A stretch of DNA of 37,546 bases, taken from contig CAZKFE010000001.1 in assembly GCA_964551955.1 (NCBI GenBank), positions 1 through 37,546 on the forward strand, read 5' to 3'. Positions 15,850 to 24,998 of the stretch are shown here, piece after piece. Source of the DNA: an uncultured Candidatus Actinomarina sp. Its GTDB lineage: Bacteria; Actinomycetota; Acidimicrobiia; Actinomarinales; Actinomarinaceae. The notes below the pieces were generated by a model, which ran no database searches, was not told where the DNA came from, and worked only from the letters and a program-made list of their open reading frames with translations. Made by a program: the position numbers and the translations under genes. The first letter of the stretch is position 1; each line of letters opens with the position of its first letter.

Positions 15850-17436
15850 CTATATCTCAACTTTACTAACTGATAATAATTTCATTGAGAAATAATAAAA
15901 GAAAATTATGATAACTGATATTTCAATAATTGAAAAATCTAAAGTGAAGTCTAAGAATTTCTTGACATCTCCATTCATATATCCATATCTACTGATTAAA
16001 TCTTCAATTGTTTCTAATCCAAATAAGGAAATTACAGTTTTAAAAAATATTACTGCAAAAAAAGAGGTCATTATAAACACAAGATAAGTATTAATCTCAA
16101 GAGCACCCTCTAAAACTCCTTGCATATAATTTTTGCCTGAATAATTGTGTAATCTCCCAAAAGTATTCACCTCTTGCTGTAATGAGGTTAGTTCATTTGT
16201 TTCAAACTTAAAAAATAGATAAATACTAATAAAATTTAATCCATAAAGAATCTTGAGTAAATTTTTATCTATAAATCTATATGTGAGAACAATACTAACA
16301 GGTATCAAACAAGTTAAATATCTATAACCATATCCGGAGCCAGTAGCTTGCCATAAAATTACTATGGCAAATGGTATTCCAAGTATTGGAACCAACATAG
16401 AAATAATTTTTATTTCTTTTTTTATAATTAATTTAATAAGTGAGTAACCTAAGAAAAATAAAATTGGTGAAAAAAATAATAAGCCAAATTCTGTAGAGAA
16501 AAAAATTATTCCTAAGGACTTAAATATCAACTTAATCATATCAAGACCAAAATAAGAATCTAAGCCACTGTAGTCCAAAAACCCTAGTGACATATTGTTC
16601 CTATAAACAAATTTTGGATTAAGTGTATAGACCCCATATAAGGCTTTTGTATGAAGCAAGAAAGTCCCTATTCCAACAAGTAATCCTGAGATATAATATT
16701 TAGATTTTATAAGTTTTTTTATACTCTCTTTTTTTTCAATTAACAGATAGTAAAGAAATGGAATGAATATTATAAATATGTTCACCCACCTAATAGTTAA
16801 AAACAATATTGATAAAAGACCTACTATAAAGTTTTTCTGATTTTTATCTGCATTGATATTTTTATAAGATATAAAAAACAATAGACTAATTGAAAAAACT
16901 TCATACGTATGAGTCATGCTAAATCTTTCAAAAGAATAATAGGCTATTCCAGAACCAAGAAATAAATAAAAAATTAAGAGGGGTGTGACTTTTTTAAATT
17001 TTGGACTATTATTTATTACTTTTGATAATAGTAAAATCGACATGAAAAAATAGAAAATCGAAGACATTGAATAGAAAAAATAAACCTGATCTCTCTCGGA
17101 AAATTCAAAATACATATTTAATTTTTCAAATAAATAACCCAGAAAAACAAATGGTGAGGCTAGAATTCCAGTTCCAATTGGATGTTTAGGTATATATGAA
17201 TCTTGATTTATATAAAACCCTGGATTTGCAATTTCAGTATCAGTAAATATCTGATTTGAATAATCTAAATCAAAATCAAGACCAATTGAATAAGCATGAT
17301 ACATATATCCAGCATCATCAGTTGGGTTAAAATTACCAAAACTAGATATTCTATAATCAATTTTCATCAAAAGAAGAAGCAATGCTACTAAAGCTAGGAT
17401 GCGTAAATAATGGTTTTTTCTTATTTTGTTCAACAT
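15850..17436 (-). CDS. GT-C fold membrane glycosyltransferase (ArnT / PMT-like)
   Basis: 528 aa with more than 10 hydrophobic helices. An acidic DD motif (NPTDDAGYMYHAY) sits in the first loop after TM1, as in GT-C enzymes. Its stop codon directly abuts the ATG of the GT2 gene. Confidence 0.7.
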   Translation of the reverse strand: MLNKIRKNHYLRILALVALLLLLMKIDYRISSFGNFNPTDDAGYMYHAYSIGLDFDLDYSNQIFTDTEIANPGFYINQDSYIPKHPIGTGILASPFVFLGYLFEKLNMYFEFSERDQVYFFYSMSSIFYFFMSILLLSKVINNSPKFKKVTPLLIFYLFLGSGIAYYSFERFSMTHTYEVFSISLLFFISYKNINADKNQKNFIVGLLSILFLTIRWVNIFIIFIPFLYYLLIEKKESIKKLIKSKYYISGLLVGIGTFLLHTKALYGVYTLNPKFVYRNNMSLGFLDYSGLDSYFGLDMIKLIFKSLGIIFFSTEFGLLFFSPILFFLGYSLIKLIIKKEIKIISMLVPILGIPFAIVILWQATGSGYGYRYLTCLIPVSIVLTYRFIDKNLLKILYGLNFISIYLFFKFETNELTSLQQEVNTFGRLHNYSGKNYMQGVLEGALEINTYLVFIMTSFFAVIFFKTVISLFGLETIEDLISRYGYMNGDVKKFLDFTLDFSIIEISVIIIFFYYFSMKLLSVSKVEI

Positions 17437-17462
17437 TTTTTTTACCGGTCTTTTGCTATATT

Positions 17463-17479
17463 TAACTAGATTAATCTAA
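17463..17479. promoter_or_regulatory. inverted-repeat motif TAACTAGAT-TA-ATCTAA (candidate operator/promoter element), copy 1
   Basis: It contains the perfect 12-bp palindrome TAGATTAATCTA (17467-17478) and lies 27 nt upstream of the GT-C gene start, in the 136-nt divergent intergenic region. A near-identical motif occurs at 33780-33798. Confidence 0.2.
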
Positions 17480-17572
17480 GTTATAACAAATTAATAGAAT
17501 ATTTAATTACCAGGTTGTAGATGTTTAATAATTAATGTAACAATAGAACTATCTATAATTATTATTAGTTCA

Positions 17573-18625
17573 ATGGCAAAAAACAAAGAGTTTGAAGTAA
17601 TTAATGGAAATAATTTTGCAAAATATTCAAATTTAGTTTTCTCAGAAGATCTCTCAACAAAAGAATTTAATAAGGCTTATAGCTTTGATGAAAATATAAA
17701 AATTTTAAAAGAAGTTAAAAATGAAAGAGCATCTTCTGTTTGGTATGTTAAAAAAGATTTTACACTAAAAGAAAACGATGTAATATTCTGCCATACTGAA
17801 GTTGTAGAATTATTGTTCGAAAGTCTTAAATCAATAAATAACTTACATAACTTAAAATTGATAACACATCAATCAGATAGAACAATTACAAAAAAACTAT
17901 TTACTAAAAAGCCATCGTGTATAAGTCATTGGTATAGCGTTAATGTTGCATATGAAAATCCACAATTGACACCTATCCCTTTGGGAATAAATGATTTTAC
18001 TTTTTTTGATTACATGAATGAAGAAATTTTAAAAAAATATTTTTACAAAGAGAAAACCTCAGGAGAAAAGATAGAAAAATTGTACGTAAATTTTAATTTC
18101 AATACAAACAGAAGAGAGAGAAGTAATTTATTTGAATTTTTTAATAAAAAAAAGTGGGCAGTTGTTGAATACCCACATAAGGATCCTAAAAAATATTACG
18201 AAAATATACAAAAATATAAATTTGTATTATGTCCATGGGGAAATGGTTATGATACTTATCGCTTCTGGGAAAGTTTATACTTAGGTTCAATTCCTATAAC
18301 AAAAAATCATAAAGCATACAAAAATTTTGAGGACTTGCCTGCAGTTTTTATAAATAATTACAAAACTATTGATATACAATCTCTAGATAAAAACAAAAAC
18401 TTAGTAGAAGAAAAATTAAATATAAAATATTGGTTGAATTTAATTAATTTAAATAAGGTAGATTCAACAGAAGAAATAAAAGTTAGCCATAAAGATTATG
18501 AATTTGATAAAAAATTAAATAATATTTTGACTATAAGTAAGATTAAAAATAAATTAAAAATACCTAAATATTATTTATCCAGATATTTCAATATAAAAAA
18601 CTATATAAACTACCTTAAAAAATAA
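17573..18625 (+). CDS. glycosyltransferase with an exostosin (GT47) / fucosyltransferase (GT10)-like C-terminal motif
   Basis: KYKFVLCPWGNGYDTYRFWESLYLGSIPI parallels both the exostosin motif (C-x-P-x-G-x-x-x-x-S/T-x-R-x-x-E...G-C-I-P) and the GT10 motif (YKF-x-L-x-FEN...Y-x-TEK...PI). The upstream segment YVNFNFNTNRRERSNLFEFF resembles the SN...R...L box of these families. Confidence 0.55.
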   Translation: MAKNKEFEVINGNNFAKYSNLVFSEDLSTKEFNKAYSFDENIKILKEVKNERASSVWYVKKDFTLKENDVIFCHTEVVELLFESLKSINNLHNLKLITHQSDRTITKKLFTKKPSCISHWYSVNVAYENPQLTPIPLGINDFTFFDYMNEEILKKYFYKEKTSGEKIEKLYVNFNFNTNRRERSNLFEFFNKKKWAVVEYPHKDPKKYYENIQKYKFVLCPWGNGYDTYRFWESLYLGSIPITKNHKAYKNFEDLPAVFINNYKTIDIQSLDKNKNLVEEKLNIKYWLNLINLNKVDSTEEIKVSHKDYEFDKKLNNILTISKIKNKLKIPKYYLSRYFNIKNYINYLKK

Positions 18626-18626
18626 T

Positions 18627-19748
18627 ATGAATATTTTACTAACTTTCACTTTCAACTACTCACTAAAAACCTGGGAAGAAGCAGGAATTCTTGAAAGAGA
18701 ACTAAATTATTATAAAAAACTTTCAGAAAAACATAGTATTAAATTTATTTTTTTAACCTACGGAGATAAAAGTGAAAAAAAATACCTCAATGATTACGCA
18801 AATATAGAAGTAATACCGATATATGATTTTATAAAACCTGTAAATAGTAAGTACTTGCTTTTTCTAAAGACATTTTTTATTCCATTTTTAATAAGAAAAA
18901 AAGTATCGGATATCTCGATTATTAAAACAAACCAATTAAGCGGCTCTTGGCTTGCAATATTATTAAAACTACAAACCAATAAACCTCTTTTTGTAAGAAC
19001 TGGTTATGACCCATTTATATTCAGTATTAAAGAAAAGAAGTCTTTTATTAAGAGAATTTTATTTTATTTATTAACACAATTGTCATTAATAGTTTCAAAT
19101 TTCTATACAGTTTCAAGTACTGATGATTATAAATTTATAATTAAAAACTATATCTTTAAAAAATCAAAACTTCATGTTCGACATAACTGGGTAAAAGAAA
19201 ATAACAATATTGAATTTAGTAAAAGAATTAAAACAAAAATAATTTCTGTTGGTAGGTTGGTATCCCAAAAAAATTATCAGTACTTAATTAACGAGTTCTC
19301 AAATTCTCAATATACTATTGACATAGTTGGTACAGGTCCTGAAAGTGAAAAACTTATTAAGCAAGTAAACAAATCTAATGCCACGGTAAATTTTCTAGGT
19401 AATTTAGATAATGAAAATTTGTTGAGGTTATTAAATGAGTATAAATACTTTATTTCAACTTCATTATTTGAAGGAAATCCAAAAGCTACCCTCGAAGCAA
19501 TGTCTTCGGGATGTGTAGTCTTTGCTGTAGACATACCTAATAATTCAGAAATAATTAAACATGAAGAGAATGGAATCCTGTATCAAGCAAAGGAAGGAGA
19601 GTTGTCAAATATATTTGAGCAAGTCTTAAATAATGATGAGCTTTCAAACAAACTTTCAGAAAATGCTATTAAGGCTAGTAAATCTAATTTCTCTATGGAC
19701 AAGATGATAGAAACTGAATATCAAGATTTGTTAAATTTATCTAAATAG
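18627..19748 (+). CDS. GT4 family glycosyltransferase
   Basis: FISTSLFEGNPKATLEAMSSGCVVFAVDIPNNSEII is the classic E-x7-E region. ISVGRLVSQKNY opens the C-terminal domain. The ATG lies 1 nt after the upstream stop. Confidence 0.85.
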   Translation: MNILLTFTFNYSLKTWEEAGILERELNYYKKLSEKHSIKFIFLTYGDKSEKKYLNDYANIEVIPIYDFIKPVNSKYLLFLKTFFIPFLIRKKVSDISIIKTNQLSGSWLAILLKLQTNKPLFVRTGYDPFIFSIKEKKSFIKRILFYLLTQLSLIVSNFYTVSSTDDYKFIIKNYIFKKSKLHVRHNWVKENNNIEFSKRIKTKIISVGRLVSQKNYQYLINEFSNSQYTIDIVGTGPESEKLIKQVNKSNATVNFLGNLDNENLLRLLNEYKYFISTSLFEGNPKATLEAMSSGCVVFAVDIPNNSEIIKHEENGILYQAKEGELSNIFEQVLNNDELSNKLSENAIKASKSNFSMDKMIETEYQDLLNLSK

Positions 19749-20669
19749 GCTACTTATAAATTCTTTTATGAAAGAAATTGGCTTATAAATATTAAAAATT
19801 CTTAAAGTAATTATGCCAGTTAGCAACTGTTTGATTGATAGAATTCTTCTCTTGTGTGTTACGTGATATGATCCCAAACCTAGCAACCTAAAATTATCTT
19901 GATAATATTTTGACTTATTGTTTAATATACCTTTTGTGTTCCAAGGTTTTGTCTTACCGTAGTAATGTAATATCAAACTATTTTTATTAATTAAATTTTT
20001 ACTTTCTAATTCTGTATCTGTGTTGAGACTGTTTGGCAACTCTAAATATAACCCATCAAAATAAGAATTAAATACATCCTGATCCCAATAAATTATTTTA
20101 TCCTCAATTTCGACTATTTTATTAATAAGCTCAGAAGGTATATTTTTATTTGTCCACTTATCTACATCAATAATTAGGAAGCCAGCATTTAGATACTTCC
20201 CTGAAGTTAGGTCTAAATTATTAAATATCGTCTTTTTCTCAGATTCACTTAAATCTTCTGTTTTCGCTGAAATAATATATTTGCTTTTTAATAAATCATT
20301 CTCATATTTTTTAATTTCACTAAAGGGATTTGATATACATACCATATCAGAATCAACATAGATTAATGTTTTTAAATCATTTACATCTTCTATATATCTA
20401 TCAAAAAATATTCTGTAATAAGTAGCTTCTGAGACGTGCGAATTTTTAACATTTGGAAACTTTGTAAATTTTCTATCAAACTTGTATAAATTAAGTTGAG
20501 AAAGATTCTTATGATTTAAGATTTTATCAGGAAAAATTTCTTTATTAGATTCGTCTTTGTGAATAATATATAGGTTTAGTTTTTCCTTTGTGTTGTTTAA
20601 AAATGAATATATAGAGGTAAAAGCCTGAAAATTATAGTTACTATCAAAACAATAAAGTAAATTAATCAC
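19737..20669 (-). CDS. GT8 family glycosyltransferase (RfaJ/WaaJ-like retaining hexosyltransferase)
   Basis: GTG start. It carries YYRIF, the DxD box LIYVDSDMVCI, YLNAGFLIIDVDKW, DQDVFN and HYYGKTKPW, the full GT8 motif series. Confidence 0.85.
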   Translation of the reverse strand: MINLLYCFDSNYNFQAFTSIYSFLNNTKEKLNLYIIHKDESNKEIFPDKILNHKNLSQLNLYKFDRKFTKFPNVKNSHVSEATYYRIFFDRYIEDVNDLKTLIYVDSDMVCISNPFSEIKKYENDLLKSKYIISAKTEDLSESEKKTIFNNLDLTSGKYLNAGFLIIDVDKWTNKNIPSELINKIVEIEDKIIYWDQDVFNSYFDGLYLELPNSLNTDTELESKNLINKNSLILHYYGKTKPWNTKGILNNKSKYYQDNFRLLGLGSYHVTHKRRILSIKQLLTGIITLRIFNIYKPISFIKEFISSLFR

Positions 20670-20713
20670 TAAAGAATTTTAATATTTATACAATTATAAT
20701 TAGCTGGCTAGTT

Positions 20714-21031
20714 ATGGAAAAAGATACAGTAGTAAAAATATGTGGTGAATACCCAGATAATTTTAAGCCTGCTGATGCTGGTAATAATCCAAATTTTGTC
20801 TTTGCAAATGACCCTTCCTATCCAACTATACGATTATATGACATTGAAGAAAATACGGTTTTCGTAAATTCTTTTATAGAGTGTGAACATTATGTTTCAG
20901 GAGGTTGGGATTATTCTCCCTACGAAACAAAAGAAGCTGGTTACCACACGACTGTTTCAGTAGCCCTAATTTTTGGAATTATTATTTACTCATTCATTAA
21001 CAAATATATCTCGAAAATTAAAAATGATTAG
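20714..21031 (+). CDS. small C-terminally anchored hypothetical protein
   Basis: 105-aa ORF with a soluble Cys/aromatic-rich N-terminal part, one C-terminal helix (TTVSVALIFGIIIYSFI) and a basic tail. It overlaps the ATG of the next gene by 8 nt (ATGATTAG). No family recognised. Confidence 0.5.
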   Translation: MEKDTVVKICGEYPDNFKPADAGNNPNFVFANDPSYPTIRLYDIEENTVFVNSFIECEHYVSGGWDYSPYETKEAGYHTTVSVALIFGIIIYSFINKYISKIKND

Positions 21032-22991
21032 TTTAACAAAATTAATTAAAAAAAATAATCTAATTTATAAAATAATCTTGGTACTATTTTTTACTATTCT
21101 TCCTTGGTCCTTAAATAATAGTTCAGATGATATAAATGCTATAAAGGTCACAGATGATCTTAGCTTCTATGAAATCAACACATGTGAATTTTCACTAACA
21201 GAAATTTTAATAAAAAATCCCAAAATAACTTATCAAAAACATTTTAAAATAAGGCCAAATAATTATTCATCAATGAGCTGCTTTGGAAAGATAACTGGAA
21301 TAGACAGAGTAGGGAATATTTTCTATCTGTCCGTTGGAACGAATAGTTTATTAAGTTTAATTTTTAAATTAATCCCATTAGGCCTTGCAGTCTCCTTAAT
21401 TAAAAAACATGAACCTCTTTATGAGTTTTTAGGACTTAGATACAATCAAATCTGTATCATTTCAACATTATTGCTAACTTACGGAATATATGCAGAGAGA
21501 GAGTTTTACTCCAAAACTTTATATTTTCTAGATTTAGAAGTAACAAAAAGCTACTTAATTATTTACTTATATTTATTTTTTGCAGTATTTTGCTGCTTAG
21601 AATTAATTAATACAAGATATAATAATCTCATAAATTATTTCCCTTTTCTTTTTCTCTTTATCGGTGTTTTACATGGATTTAACCTACATATCTATACCTT
21701 CTTCTTAGTTATCTTTGGAATAATTTCAATTATTGAAGCTGAGAGAAATAAATTTATTTATATTTATGCCTTAGGTTTAGGTCCTGTTTTTTGGGTGTTG
21801 AATTCAAGGAACTATGATTACACTCTTGACTTGGATAAAATCGTTGGATTTTCTAGCTCTGCTTTTAACTTTGAGTCTCTATTATATTGGTCAATTATTT
21901 TCTTTTTAACTCTCAGTGGAATGTATAAATTTGTTAAAAAAAATATAAAAAATTTAAATTATGAATTAATTAAAAATAATTTACTAGCTTCTTCAACTCT
22001 AATCGTTGTATTTGGGCTTCTCGGTGCAAATGCTACTTTAATCAACTTCTTAAACTTTTACTATTTCGGTCAAAATAAGGTAGGAATGCCAACTCTTAAT
22101 GTTGTTGACGGAAATACTTGGAGGGGGTTTTTCCCTAGTGCAGAAACAATTGGTGAATTCTATGGTTTATCGATACTCTTCTTCATCATGTATCACATTA
22201 AAACAAAAACAAAAATTACTATTGGAGAATTATTTATGATTATTTTTCCAATATTTGGTTTGGTTAAATCTAACAATGTAAGCGCTCTTATAGCATTATT
22301 TTTAATTGGTTCTGTTTATTTCTTATATGAACGAAGGATTCCAGTTATAAAATCGTTTACTTATTCTTTAATATTATTTTTTCCAACAATTATTTTCTTA
22401 TTTATTAATGACTTTTTTTACTCGATAAAATTTACAAATTACAAACTAGTAGAGGAAGCCTTGCTTTATTCAAATGAATATGAGATGTCAACATCTCTTA
22501 TTCATATTCAAGATTCTGGAACATTTTTAACTACTTTAGCTGTTTCAATTATTAGTACTATCTCTTTCTATATCAACAGATCAACATTATGGGGAATATT
22601 TTTTACTAGGTATAATCCAACAAATCTAGAGTTCTTTTTTGGAAGTGGTCCATTCAACTTATCTAAACACTACAGTGAAATTCAAGTAAGTTCCCCCGAT
22701 CATGAGTCGGCACAAAATTATATTAAAAATGTAGACTCTTTTCTGCTGCCTCATTCCTCAATGTTAGATATTCTTTTGTATTTTGGATTAGTTGGATTAT
22801 TATTTTGTGGTTTTTTTATTATTAGACTATTGAAAAATCGTAATTATATTAACGATTTCGTTTTCTATCCTATGGCATACCTCTTGATAAATTTTATTAA
22901 AGATGACTCGATATTATATCTTCCTTCATTTATTACAATTATGATCTTTGGTTTGTTAAGTTTTAATAAAGAAAATACAAATACACATTAA
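21024..22991 (+). CDS. large polytopic membrane protein, Wzy_C-type (O-antigen ligase/polymerase-like)
   Basis: The likely start is the ATG at 21024 (MISLTKLIKKNN...); the track ORF begins at 20973, inside the upstream gene. It has more than 10 helices. Near the C-terminus, LPHSSMLDILLYFGLVGLLF resembles the H-N/S-x-x-L...G-x-x-G box of WaaL/Wzy_C proteins. Confidence 0.55.
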   Translation: MISLTKLIKKNNLIYKIILVLFFTILPWSLNNSSDDINAIKVTDDLSFYEINTCEFSLTEILIKNPKITYQKHFKIRPNNYSSMSCFGKITGIDRVGNIFYLSVGTNSLLSLIFKLIPLGLAVSLIKKHEPLYEFLGLRYNQICIISTLLLTYGIYAEREFYSKTLYFLDLEVTKSYLIIYLYLFFAVFCCLELINTRYNNLINYFPFLFLFIGVLHGFNLHIYTFFLVIFGIISIIEAERNKFIYIYALGLGPVFWVLNSRNYDYTLDLDKIVGFSSSAFNFESLLYWSIIFFLTLSGMYKFVKKNIKNLNYELIKNNLLASSTLIVVFGLLGANATLINFLNFYYFGQNKVGMPTLNVVDGNTWRGFFPSAETIGEFYGLSILFFIMYHIKTKTKITIGELFMIIFPIFGLVKSNNVSALIALFLIGSVYFLYERRIPVIKSFTYSLILFFPTIIFLFINDFFYSIKFTNYKLVEEALLYSNEYEMSTSLIHIQDSGTFLTTLAVSIISTISFYINRSTLWGIFFTRYNPTNLEFFFGSGPFNLSKHYSEIQVSSPDHESAQNYIKNVDSFLLPHSSMLDILLYFGLVGLLFCGFFIIRLLKNRNYINDFVFYPMAYLLINFIKDDSILYLPSFITIMIFGLLSFNKENTNTH

Positions 22992-23030
22992 CTATTTAGT
23001 TATTGAAATTAATAGTTAGAATATATTCTT

Positions 23031-23951
23031 GTGAGGGTTTTAATTTTAGGGAGCAATGGGTTAGTAGGCTCTTCATTAAAAAATGCTTTAAGTAAAAATA
23101 CTAAGTTTACAGAGATAGTTTGTTCTACTCGTGAAGATACGAATCTTTTTGACTTTAAAGAAACTAAAGAATTAATAGAAAATTCTAATGCAGATGTTTT
23201 AGTTAATGCCGCAGCAAAGGTTGGTGGAATATATGCCAATAACTCGAAAAGAACAGAATTTATATTAGAAAATCTAAAAATAAATGTAAACATTTTAGAA
23301 GCCTCTATACCTTTTTCAAATATGTTTATTATCAATCTTGGTAGTAGTTGCATTTACCCATTAGAAGCTGAAAATCCAATTAAAGAAAGTAGCATCATGA
23401 CTGGAAAACTTGAACCTACTAACTCTCCTTATGCAATGGCAAAGCTAACAGCAATTGAGATGGGCAATTCATTATCTGATCAATACGGACATAAAGTTTT
23501 AAATTTAATGCCTACTAATTTGTATGGACCTAATGATAGGTTTACTGATAAAGATAGTCATGTGATTCCAGGTTTAATACTAAGAATGGACAATGCTAAG
23601 AAAGAAGGCTTAAAAGAGTTCAAAATCTGGGGAACTGGAAAACCACTAAGAGAATTTTTATTTATTGATGACTTAGCATCTGCAATAGAATTCCTTATCC
23701 TAAACAAACCAAGTAATTCCTTGCTGAATGTTGGCAGTGGTATGGAAATAAGTATTTATGACCTTGCAAAGAAAATTAAAAAAATTATCGAATTTGAAGG
23801 AGAATTAGTATTTGATAGCTCTATGCCAGATGGAAATCCTAGAAAGCTATTGGACTCAACAGAAATAAATAAAATGGGTTGGTCCCCTAAAGTAGACATA
23901 GATACTGGTTTAAAAGCTACTTATAAATGGTATAAAGAAAACTATAATTAA
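23031..23951 (+). CDS. fcl: GDP-L-fucose synthase (GDP-4-keto-6-deoxy-D-mannose 3,5-epimerase/4-reductase)
   Basis: GTG start before VLILGSNGLVGSS. It carries AAAKVGGI, GSSCIYP, PYAMAKL (YxxxK), PTNLYGPND, SHVIPGLI and WGTGKPLREFLFIDDLA, the canonical Fcl motif series. Confidence 0.9.
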   Translation: MRVLILGSNGLVGSSLKNALSKNTKFTEIVCSTREDTNLFDFKETKELIENSNADVLVNAAAKVGGIYANNSKRTEFILENLKINVNILEASIPFSNMFIINLGSSCIYPLEAENPIKESSIMTGKLEPTNSPYAMAKLTAIEMGNSLSDQYGHKVLNLMPTNLYGPNDRFTDKDSHVIPGLILRMDNAKKEGLKEFKIWGTGKPLREFLFIDDLASAIEFLILNKPSNSLLNVGSGMEISIYDLAKKIKKIIEFEGELVFDSSMPDGNPRKLLDSTEINKMGWSPKVDIDTGLKATYKWYKENYN

Positions 23952-23955
23952 ATTT

Positions 23956-24987
23956 CTATGTAGAGGGATGCTCCCAGGTAGGAAGCATCAACTTATTCTC
24001 TATTAAGACTTTCTCTCTTTCTGCTAAATCTAAATCATGTTCTACCATCATTTTTACCAATTCATCAAAACTTGTTTTGGGTTTCCAATTAAGTTCTTTT
24101 CTAGCTTTAGAAGAATCTCCTAATAAGTGTTCTACTTCGTTTGGCCTGAAGTATTTTTCTGAAATCTCAACATATTCATTCCAATCTAAACCAACAACAT
24201 TGAAGGCTTTATCTACAAACTCTTTTACCGTATGTGTCTCTCCTGTTGCAAGCACCCAATCATCTGGTTTTTTATTTTGAAGCATTAACCACATCCCTTC
24301 AACATAATCGCCAGCAAAACCCCAGTCCCTTGAAGCGTCTAGGTTGCCAAGGCTAAGTTTTGATTGAAGGTTGTGGAAAATTCTACCTACTGCTCTAGAT
24401 ATTTTTCTTGTAACAAACGTTTCGCCCCTATATGGAGATTCGTGGTTAAATAAAATACCATTAACACAAAACAATCCGTATGATTCTCTATAAAGTTTTG
24501 TCATATTATGAGCAAAAACTTTTGAAGCTGCATATGGGCTTTTTGGAACAAATGGTGAATCTTCATTTAGCATTTCTTTATTAACCCCTCCATACATTTC
24601 TGATGAAGAAGCCTGATAATATTTAATTTCGCTATCTGCATGCCTTATTGCTTCAAGTAATGCTACTGAACCAAGGGTTCCTGTTTGAGTTGTGTATATT
24701 GGATTTTTAAAAGAAACGGACACATGCGATTGTGCAGCAAGATTGTAAACTTCCTTAGGTTTAATCTGATTTATTAACGAATTAAGAGATGCTGAGTCAA
24801 GTAAATCTGAATAATGTAAGTTTAATTGCCCTTTTTCTTCATATTCTGAAATTAAAGGATCTATACGATCAGTATTTATTGTTGAGGATCTTCGAATAGT
24901 TCCGTGTACTTCCTCACCTTTTTCAAGTAACATTTTTGATAAGTAATATCCATCCTGACCTGTTATTCCAGTTATTAGCACACTCAT
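23956..24987 (-). CDS. gmd: GDP-mannose 4,6-dehydratase
   Basis: It carries LITGITGQDGYYL, NLAAQSHVSVSF, YQASSSEMYG, SPYAASK, NGILFNHESPYRGETFVTRKI and GNLDASRDWGFAGDYV, the canonical Gmd motifs. It is convergent with fcl across a 4-nt spacer. Confidence 0.93.
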   Translation of the reverse strand: MSVLITGITGQDGYYLSKMLLEKGEEVHGTIRRSSTINTDRIDPLISEYEEKGQLNLHYSDLLDSASLNSLINQIKPKEVYNLAAQSHVSVSFKNPIYTTQTGTLGSVALLEAIRHADSEIKYYQASSSEMYGGVNKEMLNEDSPFVPKSPYAASKVFAHNMTKLYRESYGLFCVNGILFNHESPYRGETFVTRKISRAVGRIFHNLQSKLSLGNLDASRDWGFAGDYVEGMWLMLQNKKPDDWVLATGETHTVKEFVDKAFNVVGLDWNEYVEISEKYFRPNEVEHLLGDSSKARKELNWKPKTSFDELVKMMVEHDLDLAEREKVLIENKLMLPTWEHPST

Positions 24988-24998
24988 ATCATATAATG

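Noticed and set aside
23009-23353. 114-aa ORF on the minus strand
   Set aside because: It lies entirely antisense to the 5' part of the canonical fcl gene, whose motifs are unambiguous. Its product is low-complexity and it is a typical shadow ORF.
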